A stretch of 64,000 nt of DNA from Eledone cirrhosa (lineage: Eukaryota): NCBI GenBank assembly GCA_964016885.1, contig OZ024741.1, positions 116,374,001 to 116,438,000 on the forward strand. Direction: 5' to 3'. The notes beneath the pieces are model-generated. The model ran no database searches, was not told the origin of the DNA, and saw only the letters and a list, made by a program, of their open reading frames with translations. A program made the translations under genes and the position numbers. Positions 13,156-25,313 of this stretch are shown here, piece by piece (the stretch's first letter is position 1; each line of letters starts with the position of its first letter).

Positions 13156-14759
13156 GTTAGTTCAGCATGAAAAGGTTCCGCAACTCTGCTCTACACCATG
13201 CCCAGCCTGGTGTCAAAACTTATGACCTTATGATCGTAATACTAACACCTTAACTATTAGGCTTTATGCCTGGATGATTTCCCATTGCTCCAGTCCTTTC
13301 AACTGAAAAATGTACAGAGGCAAATGAGATACTACGAAGCAGTTCATCCAGCTCTTTAACAATTTTGCAAATTCATTGCCCATGGACAGCTATTTTTTGT
13401 ATCAACTTTGAAAGGATGAAATGTAAAGTTGACCTCGGTGGGATTTGAGGGCTGAGAGCAGAAACAAATACTGAGGTATTCAATCCAACATCCTATCGAC
13501 TACCAATTTGTTACTAAAGGATATATTTGAACAAATATTTATCATGGCTAGAATGCTCCTGATCATAGGAATCAGAACTGATATGGAGCTAAACAACAAC
13601 CAATCAGTGAAATAATTTGATACCTGGAATTACATTATCTGTCATGTCTTGTTGTAAGAAATTAAAGTGTGATTTGAAGGATATTTGACTGGTCTTTCTA
13701 GCAGGTCAAGAAATTCTGCAGAGGCTCTCCTGACACCATCAAAGACAAAAGTGCAAAAAGCTTCCATCCAATGTGTGAATGGGGAATGAGAACAGATCAC
13801 CATGACATATGAAGTAGACATAGTTAGTCAAATGAAAACCTGGCTAGTAAATATTAAATATGAATTTGGATTTCATTAGCCATTCAAAGTAAGGAGTTAA
13901 TTCTAAGCTGAAACATACCAGGATGTCAGTCGTTTATCAGCTTATATTGTTCATAGAAACAATTGAAATCTATATATATTCCAGTGGACCAGTGCTGTCA
14001 ATAATAAATGCAATAGCATTGAAAGTATTTAATTTTTGGAGACCATGATTGGTATGCTATATGTATCAGGATTACTGGATATATGAACAATCGTACAGAC
14101 TGGGAAATTTACGTTTTGGTAAATTATTTGTATAAGAGAAACTCTGTAATTTACATTCGTTACTGACATGTGGAGGTAATTAAAGATAAGAGTGATATTT
14201 TGATAATTTATCTCTAGCATATATGTAGAGATGACATACATGATTAAATATATAAGTAACTTTGTAAAAATTTCTATTTACAGGGACAAATATGGGGTTA
14301 TTCTTGGCAGAGCTGTTCTGCTAGAGAACAGGTCGCAGATGGCAGATAGCGATATGGCCACCAGATATGATGGCTAGTTGTGATATAAGTAGACAGCCGC
14401 CAGATGAATAAGCAACCCTGGACCAACAGCGGTAAACTACTAGGGAAGATGGAGCAATGGATGACATCTCTAGCTCCCAAGAAAAGTCTCACAACCCAGT
14501 GATGTAGCTACAATGAGGCAAGTAGAGGCCGCCCCTAAATAAGCCTAGTCTTCGCAGATTTAACAAATACCAGATTGGTGACTGGTGTGAATAAGACCAC
14601 TGAAACTGAAACTGTAATATGATGAGGAAAACAAAAATAAACCATACCGCATTGTCCTTCACGCAGGTTAATAAGGGATGCATTCAGGTCTTAGGTAGAG
14701 GGGCCTGTTCAAAAAATATATTGCAGTCCTCATTTCATGCTGCAAAAACTAACAATTGG

Positions 14760-17714
14760 CTGCCGACCTGTCCTGGGAGGCATGGGATGGACACATAAAG
14801 ATTGCGTATCCCGAGACCCCAAAGAGAGTCCAGAAGGGAGGAAACCTTAACAGTTGGAATTTGGAACATCACAACCCTTACAGGTAAGGAGCAGGAACTA
14901 GTGGAGGAGGCTAGATGCTACCAGCTAGATATAGCCGGGGTTTCCATGGATCTGATACTGTAGATTTGGATGGAGGATGGAAATTCAGGTGGGGCACCAG
15001 AAATGACTGCACAGGAAGGAGTGGGGATACTCACAAGCACCTGGCTGTCAGAATGTGTTATGGACTGGATCCCATTAGGTTGAAAGATAGGTCTCTGTGG
15101 GTGGTGCAAGTTTATGCACCAAACAAGAAGTCCAAATACAGATCCTTCCTTGATGAAGTCACTGCAGCATTAGATCTGGTTAAGACTGAGTCATATATCC
15201 TGATGGGACACTTCAATGCACATGTTGGCACTGACCACCTGACATGGAAAGGAGTGATTGGAAGGAATGGCGACTCCAATCTAAATACAAATGAAGAAGC
15301 CTTACTAGATTTCTGTTCTAGCAATGGACTCTCTATTATGAACAACTTCTTCCCGCACAGAGACATCCATAAATACACAGTATATAAGGGGAATCAGAGA
15401 CAGAGATCAATAATCGATTTTGTTACTGTCTCTGATCTCTTTGATTCTGTGCTGGATATATGTATTAAGAGAGGGGCTGAGCTGTCAATTAATCCCCATC
15501 TAGTTATCTGCAACTTGAGACTACCTAAAGCCAAAGAAACCCACAAAACTGGCAGGGTCAGGTCAACATTGAGACAGAGTGGAGAGTCTTCAGTGCAGAA
15601 GTTTCTGCTTTAGCTGTTAAATGCTGTGAGCAAAATGAGGCTTGGTGTGATGTCAAATGGCAGGAGGACCTCTTGGTTCAATCAAGAGGTCAAAAATGTT
15701 ATTTGAGCAAAGAAGGGAGCTTACAAAGCTTGGCTTGGCAATAAGTCTCCTTGCACTTGCGGTGTAAGTAGGCATGAAGAATCGCAATAGAGACAGTAAA
15801 GGTGTCCAAAGTTAAGACATGGGAGAACTTTGGAGTTAAGCTAGAAACCGACTTCAGATTAGCAAATAAAGTGTTCTGACAGACCATCTGCCAACTTCGT
15901 AGTAAGAAGCCCTCCTCCACACCTGCTATTAAGAATGCATCTGGGGTTCTCCTCTCTTCAGAGAGGTGCATCCTCATGAGGTGGAGAGAATGAATACTTT
16001 GCTGATCTCCTAAACATAATCGCAACAGCATCTTTTGATGTCACAAGGTGCATCTGGGAGCGGCAACTAATCTCTCAGAGGCAGAGGTCACAAGAGTAGT
16101 TAAAGAGCTCAAATATGGCAAGACCACTGGGGAAGATGAAATCCGGCCCAAGATGTTAAAAGCCTTAAATAGACAAGGTGTCCTCTGGCTGACTCGTGTG
16201 TGCCGGGTGGCCTGGATTTCTGGAAAGCCACCTAAGCAATGGCAATTGGGAGTGATAATCCCAATTTTCAAAAAGAGAGACAAGAGAGATGTTCCAATTC
16301 CAGAGGGATCTCCATATTAAGCCTCTCCAGTAAAGTCTATGCTAAGTGTCTGGCAAAGAGATGCAGGGAGATTGTCGAGTCCAAGCTAGCTGATGAAAGG
16401 AGTGGTTTTTGCTAAGGACACAGCACAGATGACCAAATATTCACAGTGGCAGGACTTTCAGAAACCTTGGGAATACTGCCAAGAGGTATATTCTTGTTTT
16501 GTCAACCTTGAAAAGGCATTTGACAGCATTCCTTGGGACCTGCTATAGAATGTTCTGCATGAGTTTGGAATCGATGGTCAGTTCCTTGCTGCTCTGATAT
16601 CTCTATACGAATGCCTGAGTATTTGTGTTCGGATAAATGGTGCTAAATCGAAACCATTCACTGTGAGAGTCAGACTCCGCCAAAGGTGCATACTTTCACC
16701 TCTCCTGTTCTGTTCTATGTTCTGAGTTCAAATCCCGCTGAGGTTGGCTTTGCCTTTCATCCTTACGGGGTCAATAAAATAAAGCACCAGTAATACACTG
16801 GGGTAATTGCTGGCCTTGTGCCAAACGTAGAAACAATTATTTACATGAACAGGATTGACATGTGCAGCCAGGTTGGAAGTGGTATCATGACTGGCAGGTG
16901 TAAAATCAGTCGGCTGGAATTTGCAGACAACATGGTGTTACTTAAATCGACAGAAGCTGATCTCCGACTTGCACTCAATAGGTTTGATGCTGAGTGCTGC
17001 ATGGCAGGAATGAAAATCAGTGCTGCGAAAACTGAGACGCTCGTCCTCTCAAGTAAGCTGTGCAGTGCATTCAACATGTAAATGGAGCGTCACTGAAGCA
17101 GGTAGCGAGGTTCAAGTATCTCAGGGCTATGTTGATGAGTGATGGAAGGCAGGAGGCTGAATTAAGTGTAAAAATTGCAGGAGCTGGTGCAGTAATGTGC
17201 CAGCTCCAGCAATCAGAAGAAGGGAGGTAGGTGCAAAAGCCAAACTTGCTATCTTCAATTCGGTATTCATGCCAACCCTTACCTATGGTCATGTATGTAT
17301 CTTAGGTAATGACGAAAAGAATACGATCACAAATACAAGCGGCCGAAATGGGGTTCCTTTGAAGGGTTTTTGGAGTAATATTACTCAATAGAGTGCATAG
17401 CTCAGAGATCAGAGAGACACTCCACGTAGAGCCACTACTTCTCCAAATTGAGAGATCACAGCTCTGATATTATGAGCATGTGGTTAGAATGTCTTACGAA
17501 GGAATCGTTGGACAGATTTTATGGGCAAAACCAATCGACAGGAGACCCAGAGCAAGATGGTTGGATAATATCCATGAGCTTGAGTGGTCTTACTTGGGGA
17601 TCCAGCTGGATCAGTAGGAGACAGTTGCTTTTGACAGGACCTGCTGGAAGGCGTGTTTGAGGACTCTTCCCCTACAACACTCTCAGGAATAAGTGGGTGA
17701 AGAAGAAAGGAAGA
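14760..17714 (+). mobile_element. Degraded RTE-group LINE of a different family (endonuclease + RT), interrupted by a SINE
   Basis: TVGIWNITTLTGKEQELV (~14850), VYAPN, GHFNAHVG, SIIDFV, IIPIFKK, LEKAFD, SPLLF, LEFADN. GAA-rich tail at ~17700. The 5' UTR may extend to ~14300. Confidence 0.88.
16711..16840 (+). mobile_element. 5'-truncated SINE family 2 copy inserted in the LINE RT domain
   Basis: Splits the RT motif between SPLLF and IIYMNRID. Confidence 0.85.
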
Positions 17715-17936
17715 ATGTAGGGTTAGAATCCATGACCCTTTGATTGGAAAAAGAAAATTCTTATTGAAGCAATATGAATAATATAGGAAATGCATTATAT
17801 GTATGTGTATGTATATATGAGTGTGCGTGTGTGTATGTTTGTGTGAACAAATTTTAAAGAGTTACAGATGGAGATATATATAAATATACAAACACACATA
17901 TTATGGTTGGTGATAGCGAAATGATGGACTACTTAC

Positions 17937-17983
17937 TGCTTCGAGTCCAAAGGACAAGGAATTCTCTTTTGTCTTGTAGCATC
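17937..17983 (-). CDS. TRMT13: TRMT13 coding exon 2
   Basis: tttttaatag acceptor, then DATRQKRIPCPLDSK+CA, then GTAAGT donor. RIPCPLD.KH starts the CHHC (U11-48K-like) zinc finger of Trm13. 47 nt, phase 0 to 2. Confidence 0.9.
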
Positions 17984-18513
17984 CTATTAAAAAATAAAAA
18001 GAATGGAGAGAAACAAATAAATAAAAAAAAAAATAACCAGTTAGTGACACAATTAGTATCATCATCATCATTTAACATCTGTTTTCCCTGCCTGTAAGGG
18101 TTGGATGGGTTGTAACAGATCAAGTCAATATTTAATCGGAGCTACTGATCACTTAGGCAGACCAGGGACCCGCTTCTCACTTATATACATTCCTGCACTC
18201 TACAGAGTACATCTGGTGTATCTATATATAAAGTTGAGCGACTTACGTTCGTCACATAATGTGTGTGTGAATGTGTGTGTGTAAAAGGAAGGAAGGGGAT
18301 GGTGAAAAAGCTATAGAAAAACAGTGGCTGGTGTTCCATTTGCTACATTGTGTGTGAGTGTATGTGTGTGTGAATGCATGTGTATTTGTGTGAATGAATG
18401 CCTGTGAGTGTGTATTTTTGTGTGTCTGTGTTTGTATGTTTATCTTTATATACTCACACACACATTAGCATGTTGAAAAAAATTCTAGTTTCAATATATT
18501 ACTAATATATTGA

Positions 18514-19540
18514 TGACTTTGATTCTGTGGACCGTCACTGCCTGATGAAGATCTTACAGGCTTATGGAATCCCCAAGAAGATAGTGGACCTGATATCATT
18601 GCTCTACACCAACACCAAAGCCCAAGTCATTACACCTGATGGGATGACAGAGTTCTTTGAGATACTGGCTGGAGTGCTCCAGGGAGATACATTGGCTCCC
18701 TACCTTTTTATCATTGTAGTGGACTATTGTATGTGCCTTGCACTGGAGAAACACCAGGACTCTGGCTTTACTGTAGCACCGGCTCAGAGCAAGAGAGTTA
18801 AGGCGAAAAAAATATCAGATGCTGAATTTGCCGACGACATAGTTTTGGTGACAAATACAGTGAAGGAGGCAGAGGATTTGATGCAGGAGGTTGAGACTGT
18901 GTTGATGAGTGTGGGGCTGAGAATGAATGAGACTAAAACAAAATATCTGGTAGAGAATGTTGAGAAGCCATAGGGGATCACTAATGTAGACAGGAAGCTG
19001 CTAGAATTGGTTGAGGACTTCCTGTATTTGGGAGCAAAGATTGGGAATATGGAATATGATGTGGTTGAGAGGAAGAGCAAAGCCTGGGCGGCGTACCACA
19101 GCTTGAGATCGGTGTAGAAGTCAGACCTTCGTAAAGACCTGAAAATCCGCCTCTTCATTGCTGTAGTGGAGTCTGTGCAGCTGTACGGGTCTGAGACTTG
19201 GACACTGACCAAGAAACTCACTCAGATGGTGGATGGGTGCTACACGAGAATGCTGAGGATGGCTCTGAACATTAATCAGTATACACTGAGAATGAAAAAC
19301 TGTATGGGAGCCTCCCAAAAGTCAGCTCAAAAGTGACACTGAGGAGACTGAGGTTAGCTGGACATGCTCACCGACATCCAGAGTTGACATTGCACTCAGT
19401 GCTCCTGTGGGAATCCCTACATGGACACACTGGAAGAGGAAGACCAAGGTTAACGTATGTTGATGCCCTAAGGACAGACACTGGTCTGTTGGAGATGCAG
19501 AACATGGCAGCGATAATGAGGGACAGAGACCACTGAAGAG
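18514..19540 (+). mobile_element. 5'-truncated RTE-group LINE (RT and C-terminal region), third family
   Basis: FDSVDR, GVLQGDTLAPYLFIIVVDY, FADDI, YGSETWTL, RLRLAGHAHRH, GRPRLTYVD; contains stops and a frameshift. Confidence 0.88.
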
Positions 19541-20044
19541 AACTCGTCCATGGATCTCGGGAATTTTACCCGCCCTAGAATATTGATGACGACAGATATT
19601 GATTTTAGGATGGCCGCTACTAAATATACATCATCATTATCATTTTCATCAAAAGTGGGTCTGATTAGAGTTACTCCACAAGACAACAACCAATATAATG
19701 GTTTAGGGGAACATTTCTGTTTCAATTGTAGTTCAAATTTTCAAGTACACACACTTTTGTGTACCCATTCTTTTCTAAGCTTCAGCATTCCTCTTTTTAT
19801 TTTTATTCTCGTTGTGTAACAATTTGAGAGAGGAGTGATTGGGGAAATTTGTTGGGAGAAAAAAACTTAGGAACCACTGCTACAGTCAATCACAGTCAAG
19901 TCAAATTATAGGGGAAAATATAGTTGATCATAGTTAAATTGTAAGTGAATTTAGGGTCAATCATACCTGCATGTCATAAAAGGCAATTAAATGGGTTGGC
20001 ATCTTGTCCAACCCATACCAGATTAGAAAAGTGGATGTAAAAAA

Positions 20045-20075
<31 letters not shown>

Positions 20076-21960
20076 TTATATTAATTCACAGTATTGCCAA
20101 ATAGTTACAAAGTTTAATTCACAATTTTCTTATTTTGGGTTTGGTCCCACTATGGGACATCTTGGGAAATAGTCTTTGCCATTGCCTTGGAATGAGCCAA
20201 TCCTTGTGAATCAAAGGATTGTACCTGTAAATCCAGCCCTGTCACACTGTCATGCTGATTCTGCCTAAGAATTACTACTATAAAGGTGTACTTGTTTGTA
20301 TACTTGTATGAGCCGGACATCCAGTTGATCAAACAACTGAATGCTCATCATGGCAATTGACTGAGGTCCATCATCATCATAACAAGAGAAACAGAAGTAT
20401 TTATGATGGTCGATTGATTCTTCTCAAGTTAATAGTTTGACACAAGGTGGTCATAATGATGCCAAAAGGTTAAATGAAGGGCAGAGAACCTTTATAACTT
20501 GATAAAGATCTCAGCTCTAGTTAGTAAACAAGATCAATCATCGAAATTAAATCGAACTATGATTGGTTGGCTTTCAAAGCTAAATGTCATATGAGTTAAA
20601 AGGTCATGATGACTTTGCTGACAACACTGTCAGTAATTTTAGTGGATGGAATAGTATTTTCTTGGGAAATGAATCATCATCAGTTTTATATCTATTTTCC
20701 ATGCTTATACGGGTTAGATGGGTTGTAACATTCTGAGACTAGACAAGTAGGTCAGATTACTGCATCTAACTCATTCATTCCATTCTTACATGGTTTCTGT
20801 GGTTGAATGCTCTTCCTAACATCAACCACTTCACAGCATGTACTAAGAGCTTTTTATTGTGGCACCATCACTACCACCTTACAGAATGAACTGGGTGTTC
20901 TTTACCATTGTACCAACACTACAGAAAAGTAACTGGTTAACTGTGATATCCTTGAACTTGTAAAAACGATGATTCATGAAACTATAACATTTCTTATGAT
21001 AGTGGAATCCAACAAATAAATTTCTTAGCTGTTCCCTTTCTAGGACTAAGGGTGGATTAACCATCAAGCAAAATAAGCACATGCTTAAGGCATCAAGGGA
21101 AGAGGGGCACCATTTTATTCAGTTTCCCATTCAGATCGCCTTTAAAGAAAATGAAAATATCTTGTTTCATTTACCTGATTCATTAGGCATATATATGCTT
21201 GCTAGGGTTCTTTACAATTAGGGTTAGAGTTAGTGTATGTATATATATATATACACACACACAAGCACATCGACAGTCAATCGACTTTCGTTAAATTCGA
21301 TCTTTCCAATTGCTAATACTATCTATTGGCCACAACTCCAGGTAGAAGGAGCAACGTGAAATAAAGTGTCTTGGGAATCGAACTCGCAACCTCACGATTG
21401 CGAATCCAATTCCCTAGCCACTCAGCCATGTGCATGCACACATACACACGTATATATACACACACATATACATACATACACAAACACACATGCAAATTAA
21501 GTCACATAGTCTAAATATGTCAAATGGGGAAAAAAAAACTTTAATTAACTGAGGCAGTCTTCAGGGGGTTTTAGCTGGTGAGAAGAAAGGGGGATAACTC
21601 CTATAGCCTTAGTTAGTCCAAGTCTTTTGGTACACGCACACACATATATACATATTAGCAGAAATACCACACTATGTGTGTGTGCATATTTCATAATGTA
21701 TCTCTCAATGTTTACAAATGTAAGAAAACTATACAATTTACAAGTAAATAATATGAAATCTTACCAGCATTATCTACATAATGGTGACCCACAACATAAT
21801 TAAAAATTGGATATGAACAAGTAATAAGCAGAGGCATGTTTGAAACAGTCCAGCACAACACCTTTGAGATTTGAAACTTCGAATACTCCATATTCGAACA
21901 GGCCTCTATTCAAGATTTGCATAGTAGCATAGCACAGAGACAAACACACACACACATATA

Positions 21961-22045
21961 CAGGGTGTTCCCAAAAATGTATACACACTTTAATTGTAAT
22001 ACTACTGAAGTGTGTGCACATTTTTTTTTGGGGGGGGGGGACCCT
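21961..22045. mobile_element. Tiny Tc1/mariner-type MITE
   Basis: TA|CAGGGTGTTCCCAAAAATGTATACACACTT ... AAGTGTGTGCACATTTTT...GACCCT, inserted in (TA)n. Relatives at 24888-24985 and 30250-30324. Confidence 0.65.
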
Positions 22046-22072
22046 ATATTCATATATATATATATGTATATG

Positions 22073-23561
22073 CAGTGGCGGACTGGGTCTAAAAATATTG
22101 GTTGCCAGATGAAGGGGGCCCACCTACATATAGAATGCTATCATTTAATTTTTATAATGAATAAATAACATTTTCAAAAAATAATGAAGTGGAAACAAAA
22201 CTGCAATCAAATTTGTGTGGAAAAATATCTTACCTTCCCCAATAAAAAATATTATGTATTTTCGAAATCCAGAGACTTTCAATAATGACCAGAATTTTAC
22301 CCGAAATATGACTAATAGCTCTAGGAAAGCCATGAATGACACCACATCTTTTTAACTTTGATTTTGAAAGTAGGTTTATAATTATCAATTTTCATCATAC
22401 TTTTGTAGCTGGCCTAGTTGGAGGAATCATAGACGGTGGTGATCCTGGTCTGAAGTTCGATCCTGATCGAGCGTAGGGTTCCTGGTAAACCTTTTCATTT
22501 TTTTTCTATGGGTTGTAAAATAAAAACTGAAAAAGGTTACATGTACCTCTTGATCAGGATTGAACCCAAGGCCAGGATCCCCACCACGAGTACCTACCGC
22601 TAGGCCACAGAGACAACTACGAAAATCTTATGAAAATTCATACTTATAAACCTACTTTCAAAACAAAGTGTTGTGGTTTTGTTCATGCCTTTCTTAATGT
22701 TATTGCTCCTACTTAAGGTTGACTTCTAAATCATTTGGGTGTTCCATAAACTACATCCCCTGTTTTGTTTCACATCTATCTAGACTATATTTTAACCTGT
22801 AATCCATGTCTCATTTCTGTTGCAACTCATACCCCCACCTTCTCTCTGTGATATTTGAATCAACTATGATTTGGGCTTACTTTATTCATATATATGTTTT
22901 TCATGTCAGATTCAAACTTACAATGATTGGCATTATATGTATATATATATAATTTGTTTGCTAAAATAATCAAATTAAATTAATTCAACTGCTAAACACA
23001 CATAAGAATAATAAGGTTGTTACTAAAGGGCCAGAGGATTGACAAGTCGACCCTAAATATTACTAATAGCTCTAGGAAATTACATCCTCGTTTTGTTTCT
23101 AATCTATCTAGACTACATTTTAACCTGTAATCCATTTTTTAATTTCTGTTCCACCTCATTTTTCCCCTCCTCTCTCTCTGTGATATTTGAATCTACTATG
23201 ATTTGGGCTTACCTTATTCCTATATATATGTTTTTGTATGTCAGTTAGATTCAAACTTACAATGATTGTATATATATATATATATACAGTGGTTGCCAGG
23301 AGATAAAGGGGGTCCACCTTCATATAGAATGCTATCATTTAATTTTTATAATGAATAAATAACATTTTCAAAAAATACGTAAGTGGAAACAAAACAGTGC
23401 AGTCGAATTCTTGCAGGGAAAATATCTTACTTTCTTGAATAACAAATATTATGTATTTTTCGAAATCCAGAGACTTTCAATAATGACCTTTGGTCTTTCA
23501 CACTCACTCAATATATATATATATGTGTGTGCCATTGGGCAACCTGGCCAGTCCACCACTG
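22073..23561. mobile_element. hAT-like non-autonomous element with internal palindrome and duplications
   Basis: TIR CAGTGGCGGACTGG (22073-22086) / CCAGTCCACCACTG (23548-23561), 13/14 match. The 8-bp flanks tgtatatg / tgtacaca differ only by transitions, so a decayed TSD is possible. Confidence 0.6.
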
Positions 23562-23564
23562 TGT

Positions 23565-24008
23565 ACACAATACAGAAGACCCAATTCCTCACAGGCACAG
23601 GCCGAAGCATATATACACTATGCACCACACCACACTCACATACATCTCCCACGAGGGCAGTACGCAGTATGTATCTAGTGAAGCCCCCAGCCCACACTGT
23701 AAAGTGGTCGTGATGGTGAAGCAGCAAAAAGTGCTCAGCCCACACTGTAAAGTGGTCGTGTAGGCGTCTCGACAAAAAGCACCCAGCCCACTCTGTAAAG
23801 TGGTCGTGAGACGACAAAAAAAGCACACAGTTCTCACTGTAAATGAGGTTGGTGTTAAGAAGGGCACTTAGCTGCAGAAACGAAGCCAAAATCAACTTTG
23901 TGTGTGCAAGACATGGTCACCTAACCCGTCATAGCTCACAACAGGACAACCCGTGTAACCCATGCTAGTGTGGAAAAATTGACGTAAAACGGCGATGATG
24001 ATGATGAT
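23565..24008 (+). mobile_element. 5'-truncated copy of the RTE 3' UTR with internal tandem repeat and (GAT)n tail
   Basis: 23575-23632 aligns with the reverse complement of 1595-1655 (LINE stop region). Followed by about four 40-45 bp units and the aacccatgctagtgtggaaaa...gacgtaaaac(gat)n tail. Confidence 0.75.
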
Positions 24009-24359
24009 ATATATAATATATATGTATTTATATACACACACACAAACACTTCGATGCCACGATAAAAAGCACCCAGCCCACGCAGTAACGTGGTTGGAAC
24101 TGGCTGCTTGTGAAATTAACATGCTAAGTAACTGAGCATGCTACAGGCACGTGTACACTTAACATAATTCTCAGGGAGATTCAGCATGACATAACGTGTG
24201 ACAAGGCTGATTCTTTGAACTAGAGACACAATTCATTTTTTCCCAGCTGCGTGGTCAAAAAAAAAAGTGAAATAAAGTGTCTTGGTCAACGACAACATGC
24301 AACCAGGAATTGAACTTACAATGAGCCAAACACCCTGACCACTAAGCCAGATTCCTTCA

Positions 24360-24391
<32 letters not shown>

Positions 24392-24444
24392 GAGAGAGAG
24401 AGAGATGCATATACACATACATATATACATGCACAGATATATAC

Positions 24445-24623
24445 TAGGGGTGGTGGAAGCAATTCTAAATAGGGGGGAGGGGTGCTCAGAAAACTTCAAC
24501 ATGCGATAAACATAACATTGACGTAAATTGTAGCGCATATACAAATAGATATGCGTTTTAGTAGTTTGGGGAGAAAAATATAATTATTGAGGTAGGGGGC
24601 ATGCCCCAGTTCCACGGCCCCTG
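24445..24623. mobile_element. Possible hAT-like MITE
   Basis: Imperfect TIR TAGGGGTGGTGGAA / TTCCACGGCCCCTG inside a (TA)n tract; TSD not clear. Confidence 0.4.
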
Positions 24624-24887
24624 ACTATATATATATAAACGTGTCTATCCGGTTTAGAATAGGTACACCATTTCCCTGCATGTTGTAAGAAGGGCCTGAA
24701 AGTGCTAATGTCAGGAAAGGCTTCCAGCTGGAAAACATTACCTCTAAAAGCCCTACCTTACTTATGCCAACATGGATAAGTCGGCGTAAAAATATATAAA
24801 TAAATATATATATATACACACATGCAAATATGTGTGTGTGTGTGTATGTACATAATAAACTCAGTTAAGCATATATATATATATATA

Positions 24888-24985
24888 CAGCATGTCCAAA
24901 AAATGTATACACACTTTAATAGCATTCTAATAAATATTGTCTGTACAGGTAATCAACGGGTGTATACATTTTTGGGGAGACCTTG
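24888..24985. mobile_element. Tiny Tc1/mariner-type MITE (second copy)
   Basis: TA|CAGCATGTCCAAAAAATGTATACAC ... GTGTATACATTTTTGGGGAGACCTTG|TA. Confidence 0.6.
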
Positions 24986-25115
24986 TATATCTACAATAAA
25001 ACACGTGTAAAGCATGTAACGTCTGTTGGGGTGGGATGATTGTGCTGTTTCGTCTTACTCACTGACTATGTACAATAGAGAAAAAGGAAGCAAATTACAA
25101 CCGATTTTCACTTAC

Positions 25116-25313
25116 ATTCAACAAATATATATGTTCCGAGCAATACTTGTCATTATTATTCGGTTTGAACCGACATAATCTGTTCTTTTTTTTAACGTAA
25201 AACGAACATGAAGAGACAGCAACAGCATCGATTTTAGTTGGATTACTATTTACAGATGACTTAGATATAAGTGATGGAGACGTCGATGAATTAGTTGTCG
25301 CTACTGTAGACAT
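25116..25313 (-). CDS. TRMT13: TRMT13 coding exon 1 (Ser/Thr-rich N-terminus plus TRM13-type CCCH zinc finger)
   Basis: Translates MSTVATTN...CSFYVKKKNRLCRFKPNNNDKYCSEHIYLLN, matching the Trm13 N-terminal C-x-[FY]-x-x-K-K-K-R-x-C...C-x-E-H finger. 198 nt, followed by a GTAAGT donor (phase 0). Confidence 0.9.

Noticed and set aside
18220-18256. Helitron-like 5' start TCTATATATAAAGTTGAG (similar at ~26935)
   Set aside because: No matching 3' hairpin-CTAG end found nearby, so it cannot be supported as an element.
21075-21140. Candidate for TRMT13 exon 2 (CCCCTCTTCCCTTGATGCCTTAAGCAT on the minus strand)
   Set aside because: No clean frame or donor site; the exon at 17937-17983 gives RIPCPLDSKH with canonical sites and correct phase.
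23690-23830. Regularly spaced repeats (also 7150-7320 and 36402-36678) superficially like a CRISPR array
   Set aside because: Units are contiguous tandem copies without unique spacers, lie in retroposon UTRs or a Helitron-like element, and there are no cas genes in this eukaryotic intron.
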